Below, one piece after another: positions 9,568 through 18,115 of a stretch of 64,000 bases of DNA. The notes under the pieces are model-generated. The model saw only the letters and a list, made by a program, of their open reading frames with translations, was not told the origin of the DNA and did not search any database. This DNA comes from an uncultured Planctomycetia bacterium (GTDB taxonomy: Bacteria; Omnitrophota; Gorgyraeia; Tantalellales; Tantalellaceae). Within the stretch, counting starts at the first letter, position 1; each line of letters begins with the position of its first letter. The stretch covers positions 25,258 through 89,257 of the forward strand of contig CAZNEE010000003.1 of the NCBI GenBank assembly GCA_964572255.1. The letters are read 5' to 3'. A program made the translations under genes and the position numbers.

Positions 9568-11340
9568 TTACGCTTTGGGAAGCGTAAAAGTGAAGGTGGA
9601 ACCCTGGCCAAGTATACTCTCAACGGAAACCTGGCCGCCGTGTTCCTCGACTATATGCTTGATTATCGAGAGGCCGAGCCCTGTCCCGCCGGCCTGACGG
9701 GAACGTGTTTTATCGGCGCAATAGAAACGTTCAAAAATACGGGGCAGGTCCTTTTCAGATATACCTACGCCATTGTCGGATATGCTGACCGTCACAAAAC
9801 CCGCCTGTTCCTTCGCGGTAAGCTTTATGAACCCGCCATTATCCGTGTATTTTATCGCGTTGTCTATCAGGTTATAAAAGACCTGCGCGATCATAGGCTC
9901 ATCGACCATTATATCCGGGATATCTTTATCCATGTTGTTCTCTATGTTTATGGATTTCTCTTTGGCCGCATTTTCCAGATCTTTTATCACTTTATCCGCG
10001 ATCGTACGCAGGGAACAGGATCTGAAATCTAATTTCAATTTTCCCGTTTCTATCTTTGAAAGGTCCAGAAGATCATCTATAAGCCTTACGAGCCTCTCGG
10101 CGTTCGCCTCTATTATCTTCACAAAGTCTTTGGCATGCTCTTTGTCTTCCAAGGCGCCGGCGCCAAGGGTTTCGGCAAAACCTTTTATATTGGAAGCCGG
10201 TGTCCTGAGTTCATGGGAAACATTAGCCACAAAATCTTTGCGGATATTTTCAAGACGCCTTATCTCCGTTATATCATGGAAAACAAGCACAGCTCCCTCT
10301 ACCTTGCCGTCCCGTATTACAGGTGTCCCGTGTATCATCAGTGCTTTCTTCTCCGGCATTAAAATAGATATTTCCCTCGACTCCATGCCGCTTGTCATTT
10401 TTAAAAGCCTGTCCACGGTTTCCTGCACTTCGATATTGCGTATGACCTCAAGAGGTTTCCTGCCGACGGGATCCTTACTTACCATGAACATGTCCTGAAG
10501 GGCTTTGTTCATGAGTAATATAGCGCCTTTTGCGTCAACGACTATCAACCCGTCAAACATGCTCAGAAAGACTGCCTCCAGCCTGGCTTTGTTGCCGGTG
10601 ATCTGGTCTATTTTTGAACGTATTTCTTCGGCCATATAGTTAAAACTAGCGGCAAGATCCCCGATCTCGTCGTTTGTCCTGATGAATATTTTTTTAGCGA
10701 GATTACCCTTGGCTATATCAGCCGCGGCAGTCGATATGTCCTTTATGGGTTTAGAGATAAAGAATGACGCGAAAAAACTTACCAAAACAGATACAAGGAA
10801 CGCTATCAATAAAGCATATAACAGCATCCTCTTGAGCTTGGCTGATACCATGTCCACATCCGATAGCGGCAGGGACATCCTTACGATCCCCTGAGGCTTA
10901 TCTTTTCCGAACACTGCCGCGATATACAGCATGTCCTTCTGAACGGTAGTGCTGAAACGCCTGCTTTTTCCTATACCCGATCTGAAGGCTTCCTGCACTT
11001 CCGGACGGTTGAAATGATTCTCCACAGCCTCAAGTTCAGCTCCGTTTAGGTCCGAATCGCCCAGGACCGTGCCGTCAAGACCTATTATCGTCACCCTTGT
11101 TTCAAGCTTCTCGCCCGCCCTGTCGGCTATATCATCTATTTCTTGTAAACGCGGATATCCGTGGAAATCTTTCTCCAGAAAAAGTTTGGCCAGCAAGACC
11201 TCTTTAGTCAAAGCAGTCTTTATCCTGGAGTAAATGTAATCTTTTAACGTGGTATTGAGGTACGAAAAGACCCCGATCAAAATGACGGCAAGTATCAGAC
11301 AGAAAATAATGGTTATTTTATAATGGATATTTATTCTCAA
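9568..11340 (-). CDS. phoR: Phosphate regulon sensor histidine kinase PhoR
   Basis: N-terminal TM helices, a PAS-like region, H-box HELRTPASNIKGFAETL and a HATPase_c G-box (GGTGLGLSIIKHIVE). It overlaps phoB by 4 nt. Confidence 0.85.
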   Translation of the reverse strand: MRINIHYKITIIFCLILAVILIGVFSYLNTTLKDYIYSRIKTALTKEVLLAKLFLEKDFHGYPRLQEIDDIADRAGEKLETRVTIIGLDGTVLGDSDLNGAELEAVENHFNRPEVQEAFRSGIGKSRRFSTTVQKDMLYIAAVFGKDKPQGIVRMSLPLSDVDMVSAKLKRMLLYALLIAFLVSVLVSFFASFFISKPIKDISTAAADIAKGNLAKKIFIRTNDEIGDLAASFNYMAEEIRSKIDQITGNKARLEAVFLSMFDGLIVVDAKGAILLMNKALQDMFMVSKDPVGRKPLEVIRNIEVQETVDRLLKMTSGMESREISILMPEKKALMIHGTPVIRDGKVEGAVLVFHDITEIRRLENIRKDFVANVSHELRTPASNIKGFAETLGAGALEDKEHAKDFVKIIEANAERLVRLIDDLLDLSKIETGKLKLDFRSCSLRTIADKVIKDLENAAKEKSINIENNMDKDIPDIMVDEPMIAQVFYNLIDNAIKYTDNGGFIKLTAKEQAGFVTVSISDNGVGISEKDLPRIFERFYCADKTRSRQAGGTGLGLSIIKHIVEEHGGQVSVESILGQGSTFTFTLPKA

Positions 11341-12032
11341 GCTTTTTCCTTGTCGCTGAAACGATACCCGACCCCTCTCACCGTTTCTATAAGAGAACCG
11401 GCCTTGCCCAGTTTTTCCCGAAGCCGTTTAATATGCGTGTCTACCGTGCGGGTCGTAACATCGGAGGCTATATCCCATACGTCTTGCAGAAGTTTTTCTC
11501 TCGATTGCACGCGTCCTTTCCTCTGCATAAGGACAACGAGCAGTTTGAACTCCATTGAAGTAAGCTCTATCTCTTTCTTATCGACAGTTACTTTATGCCG
11601 CGGCATATCAATCATGAGTTTTCCGGCCGCAAGCTTGTCTTTCTCGGGCTCCTCCGGCTTTTGCCTTCTCAATATCGCTTTTATGCGTAAGATAAGCTCC
11701 CGCGGACTGAAAGGTTTAACTATATAATCATCCGCTCCGAGTTCAAAGCCGACAATTCTATCCACTTCTTCCCCTTTAGCGGTAAGCATAATAATGAGCA
11801 TATCGGAAAGCGTCTTATTCTGCTTGATCTGTCTGGCCACCTCAAGACCGTCTATCCCGGGGAGCATTATATCAAGTATGACAAGATCAAAAGAATCTTT
11901 ATCCAGGATTTTCAATGCTTCTTCCCCGTTGAAACATGCCGTACAATGAAACCTTTCTTTTTCCAGATTATATTTGATCAATTTAGATATATTCTTGTCA
12001 TCCTCAACGATCAGCACTCTTTCTTTGGCCAT
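11337..12032 (-). CDS. phoB: Phosphate regulon response regulator PhoB (OmpR family)
   Basis: REC domain (ERVLIVEDD ... D in VILDIMLPGIDG) plus an OmpR-type winged helix (TRTVDTHIKRLREKL). Confidence 0.88.
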   Translation of the reverse strand: MAKERVLIVEDDKNISKLIKYNLEKERFHCTACFNGEEALKILDKDSFDLVILDIMLPGIDGLEVARQIKQNKTLSDMLIIMLTAKGEEVDRIVGFELGADDYIVKPFSPRELILRIKAILRRQKPEEPEKDKLAAGKLMIDMPRHKVTVDKKEIELTSMEFKLLVVLMQRKGRVQSREKLLQDVWDIASDVTTRTVDTHIKRLREKLGKAGSLIETVRGVGYRFSDKEKA

Positions 12033-12082
12033 TGTCCACTTCCTCCCGTTTATTTTATTTTACAACTAAATCTTACATTTTT

Positions 12083-12127
12083 TAAGTGAATTCGTCGTGA
12101 AAATATCGTGACTTTTTTGTGAAACCT
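12083..12127 (-). promoter_or_regulatory. Pho-box array (4 half-sites) upstream of phoBR
   Basis: AGTGAAT 12085, CGTGAAA 12097, CGTGACT 12108 and TGTGAAA 12119, spaced 12/11/11 bp, lying 50-95 nt upstream of the phoB ATG. This is consistent with PhoB autoregulation. Confidence 0.6.
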
Positions 12128-12265
12128 ATGCGACGGTTAAAATGCCCCAGGGCTGGAGACACCGGTAAAAACCCGCGTCGTTAACGGGGGCTTTAGCTTT
12201 TAAATGGCGGAGGTGCCGTAAAATGGGCACCATTTGGGCGCACGGATCAACCTCACTTGTCAGGG

Positions 12266-12736
12266 TTAAAGCCACATCCCTACAAACTTTTCAGCTATCT
12301 CTGCGAACTTTCTATTATTTATAAAATATACTCTATAAAAACTTATTCCATATTTGTCAGCAATTCCCCTAAAAACTCTGTTACTGTCTTCTTCCGTATA
12401 AGGTGGTGGGAGTCTTTGTCCTATCACGGCTAATAGTTGCCTGTCCCAGTCTGTGAGCTCATACGCGTTGGCCCTGTTTATGATGTTCTCAAGTTCACCA
12501 GGTGCAAGTCCATATTTTTGAGATACTTTTATATCTATCTCTTTATACCCTTCGTCCAGCAATCTAAAATACTCTTCATCGTCCTCCATAGTGTCGTCGA
12601 TATCCAAGGCTTCTGTTTCCTTGGTCCATTCGTGATATATCATCAACTCTCTATCTGTAAATGCTTTTGCCTGCGCAAAAGAATTATTTGTGAACATAAG
12701 AACAGATATTGCCAGTAAACTTATTATTTTATTCAT
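12266..12736 (-). CDS. Secreted hypothetical protein
   Basis: Signal peptide MNKIISLLAISVLMFTNNSFAQA and an acidic 156-aa body, preceded by an RBS AAGTGAGGTTGA. No family was recognised. Confidence 0.5.
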   Translation of the reverse strand: MNKIISLLAISVLMFTNNSFAQAKAFTDRELMIYHEWTKETEALDIDDTMEDDEEYFRLLDEGYKEIDIKVSQKYGLAPGELENIINRANAYELTDWDRQLLAVIGQRLPPPYTEEDSNRVFRGIADKYGISFYRVYFINNRKFAEIAEKFVGMWL

Positions 12737-12784
12737 TCAACCTCACTTGTTGGTTTTTAATAACTTGGAATTGGACAAAAAAAA

Positions 12785-12801
12785 TGGTGGAGGTGCCGGG
12801 A
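12785..12801. repeat. 17-bp direct repeat identical to tmRNA 3' end (candidate attR of ssrA-integrated islet)
   Basis: TGGTGGAGGTGCCGGGA at 12785-12801 is identical to 20237-20253, the reverse complement of the tmRNA T-arm/acceptor/CCA end. The orientation is that expected for an element integrated at the 3' end of ssrA. Confidence 0.55.
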
Positions 12802-12832
12802 CTATCGGATTTCGTGCTCAAATCGCCCTTTT

Positions 12833-12855
12833 CACCACGATTCCACCACGATTTG
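12833..12855. repeat. Tandem 11-bp direct repeat CACCACGATT x2 (copy A)
   Basis: TTCACCACGATTCCACCACGATTT. A near-identical tandem pair recurs at 20073-20096. Both lie just inside the islet's direct repeats. Confidence 0.6.
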
Positions 12856-12868
12856 TTCACTAATTTTG

Positions 12869-13351
12869 CTATTTTATCCTTGTCTTTGGTGGAATCTTGC
12901 CTTTTTTGAAATGCTTTTCCACCCAGCCGTTCTTAACACCGGTCCGGCTATCAAAATAGCCGATATAGGGCTTGATATCCAAAAGAGGCGTTCCGTCAAG
13001 GATGTCCACTTCAGAGAAAATGATTTCGGAACCTTTTACCTTTTTGAGTTTCACTATTGAGAACCCGATATGATTAGGACGATGCGGGCTTCTTATGGCG
13101 AATATCCCATGCACCACATCCTCAAGGAACGGTTTTCCAGAGAGCTTTTCTTCTTTCGATCGGTTAAAATAATATATCAGTATGACATGGGAAAACCTTT
13201 CGATATCCTTTAACCCCGCCTTATATTCCGGAAATATCCTGGCAGTACCGGTAACTCCCTTTTTAAACTTACCCTGAATAGGCATGCCCTTCGGTTCTTT
13301 ATACGGCGTATTGATGACACCTATGGGCTTGATCGTAATAGGTTTCTTCAT
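12869..13351 (-). CDS. TsaA/YaeB-like SAM-dependent tRNA methyltransferase family protein
   Basis: RSPHRPNHIGFSIVKL and GTPLLDIKPY match the TsaA (UPF0066) signature region, and the length fits at about 160 aa. Confidence 0.6.
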   Translation of the reverse strand: MKKPITIKPIGVINTPYKEPKGMPIQGKFKKGVTGTARIFPEYKAGLKDIERFSHVILIYYFNRSKEEKLSGKPFLEDVVHGIFAIRSPHRPNHIGFSIVKLKKVKGSEIIFSEVDILDGTPLLDIKPYIGYFDSRTGVKNGWVEKHFKKGKIPPKTRIK

Positions 13352-13368
13352 TTAAAACACTCATCTTC

Positions 13369-13701
13369 CTATTTATGCCGATATTTTATTACCCTGACCT
13401 TTTCAAGGGTGATCAGTCCTTCCAGCACAGTTTCATCCAAAAAAGGCAAGAGCTTGTTTAAATTCTCTTCGGTATCCACAAGCTCAATAACTATGGGAAG
13501 GTCCTCGGAAAGTCTGAGAATCTTGGCCGAATGCATACGGCTATCCGCGCCAAAACCCATCAGGCCCCTCAAAACTGTGGCTCCGGCCAAGTGAAGTTCT
13601 CTGGCTTTCAAAACGATCTGCTCATATAACGGCTTGCCCTCGTATTTATCAGATTCCCCTATGAATATCCTCAGCAATGTTCCTTCTTCAGGCAATTTCA
13701 T
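13369..13701 (-). CDS. DUF190 (PII-like) protein, CrcB-associated
   Basis: GATVLRGLMGFGADSRMH matches the DUF190 motif. The gene sits immediately downstream of crcB, as is common in fluoride-riboswitch regulons. Confidence 0.65.
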   Translation of the reverse strand: MKLPEEGTLLRIFIGESDKYEGKPLYEQIVLKARELHLAGATVLRGLMGFGADSRMHSAKILRLSEDLPIVIELVDTEENLNKLLPFLDETVLEGLITLEKVRVIKYRHK

Positions 13702-13715
13702 GATCAGTCCCTCCT

Positions 13716-14102
13716 TTAACGCGCTATGTTAAACAAAAAACGGCTTAAAAAATAACCGGCAAATACAAGCGCTATGCCAAGTATAAAGCTCGATACTATG
13801 TTCGCGAAGAAAAGGCTGTATTCACCGTCCCGGATCAAATGAAAGCTTTCAAGCGAAAACGTTGAGAATGTTGTGAAAGAACCGAGAATTCCGATAAAAA
13901 TCAAAATTCGCGTATTCTGGGAAACAATTACGGATTCAAACATTCCCCATAGAAAACCTATGAGAAACGACCCTGTCAGGTTGACACTCAATGTCCCCCA
14001 CGGAAAACTACTACCTCCGATCCTGTGTGCTAACCCTGAAGCCCAATACCGTAACAAAGCTCCCGAGGCACCCCCTACAGCAATATAAAAAAACCTCGAC
14101 AT
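13716..14102 (-). CDS. crcB: Fluoride ion channel CrcB/Fluc
   Basis: The 128-aa four-TM protein carries GTLSVNLTGSFLIGF and GILGSFTTFSTFS (Fluc signatures). Confidence 0.88.
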   Translation of the reverse strand: MSRFFYIAVGGASGALLRYWASGLAHRIGGSSFPWGTLSVNLTGSFLIGFLWGMFESVIVSQNTRILIFIGILGSFTTFSTFSLESFHLIRDGEYSLFFANIVSSFILGIALVFAGYFLSRFLFNIAR

Positions 14103-14126
14103 AAACAGATACCTCCTTTCGTTTAA

Positions 14127-14174
14127 GTAGGAGTTATCAGCCGGTTGAGGCGGTTAACGGCGAACCCCATCGCC
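14127..14174 (-). ncRNA. Fluoride riboswitch (crcB motif)
   Basis: Minus-strand sequence GGCGATGGGGTTCGCCGTTAACCGCCTCAACCGGCTGATAACTCCTAC matches the conserved crcB-motif core (GGCGAUGG..UUCGCC..AACCGCC..CUGAUxACUCCUAC) immediately 5' of crcB. Confidence 0.85.
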
Positions 14175-14181
14175 AATTCAA

Positions 14182-14502
14182 TCAAAACGTCACTACCTTC
14201 TCGGATTCTTTAACAATATCGTACATATCTTTCATTGTAGATATGGGACACAGATCAGAACCTTCCTGCTCTCTTGATTTGATACAGCTCCCACAGGCAT
14301 AGATCTTCCCGCCTGCCTGAATAAGCTTTTCCGCCTGCTCAATTGTGTTAAATTTATCCATACTGATCTGCTGATACTCAACGCCCTTGCCCATGAAAAA
14401 TACTTTTACATCATCTTTTTGTGCCAGAGCAAAGTTGGCGTACCTTAAAGCGTTCCAACAGGTTTCCGCGTCATTGCTCGCGATAACAATTCCTATTTTC
14501 AT
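14182..14502 (-). CDS. DsrE/DsrF-like (YchN-like) family protein
   Basis: The 106-aa ORF begins MKIGIVIASNDAETCWNALRYANFAL and contains a YACGSC cysteine motif, the pattern of DsrE-fold proteins. Confidence 0.5.
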   Translation of the reverse strand: MKIGIVIASNDAETCWNALRYANFALAQKDDVKVFFMGKGVEYQQISMDKFNTIEQAEKLIQAGGKIYACGSCIKSREQEGSDLCPISTMKDMYDIVKESEKVVTF

Positions 14503-14528
14503 GATAGCGTCTCCTTTAAGAGCCTGTT

Positions 14529-15050
14529 TTACAACTTAACAAGTAGGCCTAACATTATACCACCGATTACGGTGAAGATAGGGTTAATCCTGAAGACCGC
14601 TGTTAACACAATAACGATAACAGCGATAAGAGCGGCCCTTACGTCCGTAATTGAAGTTTTAAATAATTTTAAAATAGCTACCGTAATGAATCCTATAGCC
14701 ATGGGCCGCGCAACCCTCATTATCCTCTGGATCACGGCATATTCCTTGAACTTATCGTAGTGGATCGAAATTATATAAAGACAAAGAAAGGGTATCGCTA
14801 CAAGCCCTACTGTCGCGCATATAGCTCCCTTCAGTCCGGCTACCCTCGAACCGACGAACGTAGCAAGGTTTATCATGATAGGTCCGGGGGTGACCTCAGC
14901 TACCGATACGACATCCGTAAACTCTTCCATTGTCAGCCACCGGTAGTTTTCGACTATATATCGTTGGGCAAGAACCAGCATCGAGTACCCGCTGCCAACG
15001 GTAAAAAGGCCTACTTTTACGAATGTAATGAACAACTTAAGCAGGATCAT
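14529..15050 (-). CDS. chrA: Chromate transporter ChrA (short single-domain form)
   Basis: FVKVGLFTVGSGYSMLVLAQ ... EVTPGPIMINLATFVG matches the CHR-family motif region, and the 173 aa length fits a half-size ChrA. Confidence 0.7.
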   Translation of the reverse strand: MILLKLFITFVKVGLFTVGSGYSMLVLAQRYIVENYRWLTMEEFTDVVSVAEVTPGPIMINLATFVGSRVAGLKGAICATVGLVAIPFLCLYIISIHYDKFKEYAVIQRIMRVARPMAIGFITVAILKLFKTSITDVRAALIAVIVIVLTAVFRINPIFTVIGGIMLGLLVKL

Positions 15051-18000
15051 GCCCGTACTCCATGAAAAACCGTATAAACGCTCGGGATCACAAACAAAGT
15101 CAGGAACATTGAAACGGCCAGGCCTCCGACTACGGTTATCGCCAAAGGTCTAAGCATCTCAAGACCCTCCCCCCATCCCACGGCCAGAGGAAGAAGTCCG
15201 ATTATCGTGGTCAAACTTGTCATCAGGATAGGCCGGACTCTCAGTGACGCCCCTTCGATAACCGCTTCTTTTACGGAAAGCCGCCCTTCCTTCCTGAGAT
15301 TGTTAATATACTCTACAAGCACGATGGCGTTATTGACGACGATCCCGACCAAAAGGATAAGACCCAGGAAAACCGTGGCGCCAAAAGGAGTTCCTGTAAC
15401 GGCCAGGAATAAAAGCGACCCCATGACAGCTAAAGGGAGGGTGACCATTATGATAAGCGGATCTATTAAAGATTCATATTGCACCGCCATTACAACGAAC
15501 ACGAGGAATATCGCGATCAGTATTACCATCAAGAGCTGTAAGTTTGATTCTTTTGCCGCTTCCTCTTCTCCCCCGTACTCCAGAAAATATCCGTCAGGCA
15601 ACGATATATCTTTAAGCCGGTCTCTGACCGCATCGGTTACCTTGCCCACATTCATCCCGACGGCATCTCCCGTTACCTCAATAAGACGCACCTGGTCTTC
15701 TCTGTTTATCTCGACCGGGCCTTCAGATATCTTCACGCGCGCTACCTCTTTGAGCTTTACGGGAACTCCGCTTGGAGGATAGAGCGGGGTGTCTTCTATC
15801 GCTTCTTTCGTGCTTATAACAAAAGGATCCGCCATAACTCTGATATCATAATCGACATTCCGTTCTGTATCCGTAAACTGCGTATTCACAAGGCCATCCA
15901 CGGAAGCCCGCATAACATCAGTAACGTCTTTCGCGCTAAGACTGAAATCATTCAATCTTTCCCTGTCAAGGAATATGTGTATCTCCGGCCTCGAGAAATC
16001 TATCGAAATATCCAGGTTCCCCAACCCATGCACACCTGATATCCGCGACCTTATATCTTTAGCGAGGCCAAAAAGCCTGTCTAGATTGTGTCCTCGTATA
16101 CGTATGTCCACATCTGAAGTGGATGTTTTTTTAATTCCCCTTAAGGGGGTTTTCATGACTTTTATCCGGGCTCCCTTTACAGGATCGTCTTTTATCGATC
16201 TCTGGAGTTTTCTGATAAAATTATCGGTTGAGACAGGCCGTGCGGATTTTTTAACAAGCTCTATCGTTATGTCAGCTTCATTGGCCTTTTCGTATACATT
16301 CTTTCTCTGCCAATACCCTCCTACCATGGAATACACTTTCGCGACACCGGGCATACCATTGATCCTGTTTTCGAGTTCTTTTACGACCATATCGGTCTTT
16401 TCAACGGCCGAACCGACAGGAAGCTTCACCTTTACCGTGACCCTTCCGTCGTCTATCTGCGGCAGGAATTCCCGCCCGAGCTTTCCCGCCAGTATTATGC
16501 TGATCACAAACAATGCCGCTACAAGGCCACCTATGGCTACTCTATGCCCAAGAGCCCGGGTAAGGATCTTTCTGTATATAACTATGCTCTTGTCAATGAG
16601 CTTTTTAGTAAGATCGTTCTCAACGGAAGATCGTTTGAATTTAAACCAGTGCGCGGACAGGCAGGGCACAACAGTAAGGCTCACTATAAGTGAAATAACG
16701 AACGCCACCGAGATGGTCACGACCATATCCCTGAAAAGTAGTGACGCTATCCCCGAAATAAAAAAGAACGGTATTATCGCCGCCAGGTTCGTCAGAGTGG
16801 ACGCTGTTAACGCGCTGGTGACCTCTCCGCTGCCTATATGCGCGGCTTCTTCCATACAGGAAGCGTCTTTCTGATGCCGTGTTATGTTTTCAAGCATCAC
16901 TATGGAGTTATCGAGAAGCATGCCTACCGCGAGAACGAGCCCGCCGAGCGAGAATATGTTCAGCGTGACATCCGCCAGCCCCATCAGGATAAAAGTTCCC
17001 AGGATACTTACCGGCACGGCTATAGCTATTATGACAGTCCTCTTTAAATTATGAAGAAAAAACCAGATCATCAGCATGGCCAGAAACCCGCCTATTATGG
17101 CCGTAATACCCACATTTTTTATCGAGTTCTCTATGTAAACCGCCTGGCTTGACGCGACATCGCTTCTTACGTCTTCCGGTATTATCTTCTTTACGATAAG
17201 TTCCCTCGTGCGCTTGTTGATGTTTGATACTATCTCGACCGTATTAGCGTTGGGCTGTTTCAGGAAACTCAGCATAACACAGGGCTTTCCATTGAAACGG
17301 GTTAAGATCCTTTGCTCTTCATAGGCGTCGGCGACCCGGGCCACGTCTTTTATCTTTAAGAAACGTCCCTCACGATTAGCAATTATAATGTTCTCTATTT
17401 CAGCCACATCCTTGAACTTGGCAAGTATCCGAACACTGTATTCCTTTTCAGTATCCGTTATCCTTCCGGCGGGAAACTCCGTATTCTCCTGGCTTAAAAT
17501 ATCAAGTATCCTGCCGGTTGAAAGCTCGTACGACTCGACTTTCTGCCTGTCGAAAAGGATCTGTATCTCCCTGACCCTGCCGCCCGAAGTTACAACAGCT
17601 CCGAGTCCCGGTATGCCCAGATAATAATTGCTAAGATCGTTCTCAGCCCAGTCGCGAAGCTCCCTTTCGCCCTTTGTCCCAGAGGAAAGGGCGATTTCTA
17701 TTATGGGAAGCTGGGAAGGGTCCGCCTTGTATATTTTAGGTTCATCGGCGTCAGGAGGAAGATCGTTCCTCACAAGATCAAGCTTGGCCCGGGTATCGGC
17801 GAGCGCCGCATCCATGTCTTTCCCGTACTCGAAATAGACTTCTATCGAGGCGTTCCCTTCTATCGCGGAAGATATAACCTGTATGGCGTCTTCGGTCGTG
17901 GCTACGCTGGACTCCACCCTCTTTAGAATATTTTCCTCGATCTCTTCGGGGCTTGCGCCTTTCCAATCGATAACAATACGGACCAGTGGATAGGTTATCC

Positions 18001-18115
18001 TGGGAAGGAGGTCAACTGAAAGGCTTTGCAGAAAAAAAAGCCCAAGGACTACCACCATCAAGGTAAGCACAAAAACACCAACGGGCCTTTTTATGGAAAT
18101 ATCACTTAACGTCAT
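15047..18115 (-). CDS. RND family efflux transporter (AcrB/HAE-like)
   Basis: The 1022-aa ORF has a 12-TM topology with two large periplasmic loops, and contains MLLDNSIVMLENI and AITVVGGLAVSMFLTLFVIP, which are characteristic of RND pumps. Confidence 0.85.
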   Translation of the reverse strand: MTLSDISIKRPVGVFVLTLMVVVLGLFFLQSLSVDLLPRITYPLVRIVIDWKGASPEEIEENILKRVESSVATTEDAIQVISSAIEGNASIEVYFEYGKDMDAALADTRAKLDLVRNDLPPDADEPKIYKADPSQLPIIEIALSSGTKGERELRDWAENDLSNYYLGIPGLGAVVTSGGRVREIQILFDRQKVESYELSTGRILDILSQENTEFPAGRITDTEKEYSVRILAKFKDVAEIENIIIANREGRFLKIKDVARVADAYEEQRILTRFNGKPCVMLSFLKQPNANTVEIVSNINKRTRELIVKKIIPEDVRSDVASSQAVYIENSIKNVGITAIIGGFLAMLMIWFFLHNLKRTVIIAIAVPVSILGTFILMGLADVTLNIFSLGGLVLAVGMLLDNSIVMLENITRHQKDASCMEEAAHIGSGEVTSALTASTLTNLAAIIPFFFISGIASLLFRDMVVTISVAFVISLIVSLTVVPCLSAHWFKFKRSSVENDLTKKLIDKSIVIYRKILTRALGHRVAIGGLVAALFVISIILAGKLGREFLPQIDDGRVTVKVKLPVGSAVEKTDMVVKELENRINGMPGVAKVYSMVGGYWQRKNVYEKANEADITIELVKKSARPVSTDNFIRKLQRSIKDDPVKGARIKVMKTPLRGIKKTSTSDVDIRIRGHNLDRLFGLAKDIRSRISGVHGLGNLDISIDFSRPEIHIFLDRERLNDFSLSAKDVTDVMRASVDGLVNTQFTDTERNVDYDIRVMADPFVISTKEAIEDTPLYPPSGVPVKLKEVARVKISEGPVEINREDQVRLIEVTGDAVGMNVGKVTDAVRDRLKDISLPDGYFLEYGGEEEAAKESNLQLLMVILIAIFLVFVVMAVQYESLIDPLIIMVTLPLAVMGSLLFLAVTGTPFGATVFLGLILLVGIVVNNAIVLVEYINNLRKEGRLSVKEAVIEGASLRVRPILMTSLTTIIGLLPLAVGWGEGLEMLRPLAITVVGGLAVSMFLTLFVIPSVYTVFHGVRA

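Noticed and set aside
9541-10498. Plus-strand ORFs (163 aa and 188 aa) overlapping phoR
   Set aside because: They are antisense to a well-supported histidine kinase gene and have no RBS or recognisable motifs.
12205-12262. Partial matches (GGAGGTGCCG, CAACCTCACTTGT) to the tmRNA-end repeat and to the 12741 region
   Set aside because: The matches are only 10-13 nt, and the second is explained by a shared GAGG ribosome-binding context. The order of the two segments is inverted relative to the 12741-12801 copy, so this was not treated as a third att copy. The GGTGCC-N8-GGCACC hairpin here may be a weak terminator but lacks a clear U-tract.
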